Shown one piece after another: positions 62,912-64,000 of a stretch of DNA of 64,000 nt. A program made the translations under genes and the position numbers. The stretch is from Leucoraja ocellata (lineage: Eukaryota). Numbering within the stretch: the stretch's first letter is position 1; each line of letters starts with the position of its first letter. The notes under the pieces were generated by a model. The model was not told the DNA's origin, did not search any database, and was given only the letters and a program-made list of their open reading frames with translations. The DNA lies in NCBI GenBank assembly GCA_036785375.1, contig JAWMAR010000506.1, positions 248,001 to 312,000 on the forward strand. The letters run 5' to 3'.

Positions 62912-63952
62912 TAGCAATGTTACAAAATTTTGAGATTTAAAAAATCAAGTCTGCAATTTATCCCATCAGATAAAGCATAACAATAAGTTTAATTTGACAC
63001 ATAATTCACTTTCATATCTCAAGTAATAAAAAAGTTATGGCCATTTTCATACTCGGAAATTAGCATCTTGTTCCCTATTGATTTTCTATGGACATAACAA
63101 AAAAGCTGTGATCGTGGACAGTCAAAAGCACATAACCTTCTTAAAAATTAAGAGAACTGAATGAAATTTTCAGTTATCATAGATTGAGCCATTCTGAAAC
63201 AAATATAAAATAATCTTACTTGGATGACCTGAAATTAAAGCATATAATTAGTTAGTTACCCAATTGTAGCTAATTTCAAACTTAAATCTACTAGATCTAA
63301 ACATCTATCCATTTCTTAATAAATGATTAACATTTTTAAATAGCCCAAGTGTCCAAATAATATTCACAAATAATTCACAATAAAACATGATTTTTAAATC
63401 TCATTTACATCAATTTATAGGCCAAATGGAAGGAATTTAGTGTCCAATTGCTGTAAATTAAAGTCAATTTAAATCGGCTTTCTAGTGGGTTCCTGTGGAA
63501 CGCGCTGGTTTAGAACGTTCACATTGCGCTAGATTTATGCCATCAAATGCCCAGAAAAATACTGCGGGATATAAAGAGCCCAAAATGAACTACTCGCTAT
63601 AGAAAACTTTAATTACAGGGTTATATACATGCCCCATTTAATGTAAAAATAAGGTACATACCTTTAATTGTTTGCTTTATAAAACCCTGGGGCTGCGAGA
63701 GGTTGCGGAGTGAGATAGTTGTTTTTAAATTACTCTAACTATTTTACAAGGCCATAAAAACTAATAATACCTTTTGCGACGGGGTCTTTCAGCGATTTTC
63801 CGTTAATGATTTACTAGGCTGAACATTTTCGATTGCAACAGCCTAGTAAAAATCGCGTTTTAAACCCGCCCCCTCTAAACAGCGCCAAAATCACGCACAA
63901 GGGGTGGGGCAGATGCTCAGCCACGATTCAGGTAGTTTTTGTAACATACCTA
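62912..63952. mobile_element. AT-rich non-autonomous DNA transposon inserted in a Rex-type LINE tail
   Basis: TIRs tagcaatgttacaaaa and ttttgtaacataccta; flanking duplication tcctata. Confidence 0.75.
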
Positions 63953-64000
63953 TCCTATATCTGCACACTGTGGATGGCTTGATTGCAGACATGTTTAGTA

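Overview
This is vertebrate genomic DNA, almost certainly from a cartilaginous fish. The HE1-type V-SINEs and HER1/CR1 LINEs point to a skate or ray, which is an inference from the repeat families. Three protein-coding genes were reconstructed by hand from splice sites and reading-frame phase. (1) CFAP210/CCDC173 lies on the minus strand, with 8 coding exons from ATG 25314 down to 849; its 3' end is outside the window. (2) PHOSPHO2 lies on the plus strand with a single coding exon at 30560-31285. It is head-to-head with CFAP210 across a CpG-rich promoter containing two RFX X-boxes. (3) PHGDH lies on the plus strand, with exons 1-10 at 38389-61909 and its 3' end outside the window; ATF4-type CARE motifs sit in intron 1. 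KLHL23, the mammalian neighbour of PHOSPHO2, was not found. Introns are packed with decayed TEs: Tc1, CR1, Rex1/Babar, RTE, L1, Penelope-like elements, HE1 SINEs, hAT/Harbinger MITEs and Helitrons. The most striking unannotated signal is a family of about 30 short Penelope-derived elements carrying a minimal hammerhead-ribozyme core (CTGAAGA-A-stem II-GAAAC-GTC). Several have their own 9-15 bp target-site duplications, and several form palindromic double-hammerhead units. Most ORFs in the supplied track are TE debris or spurious.
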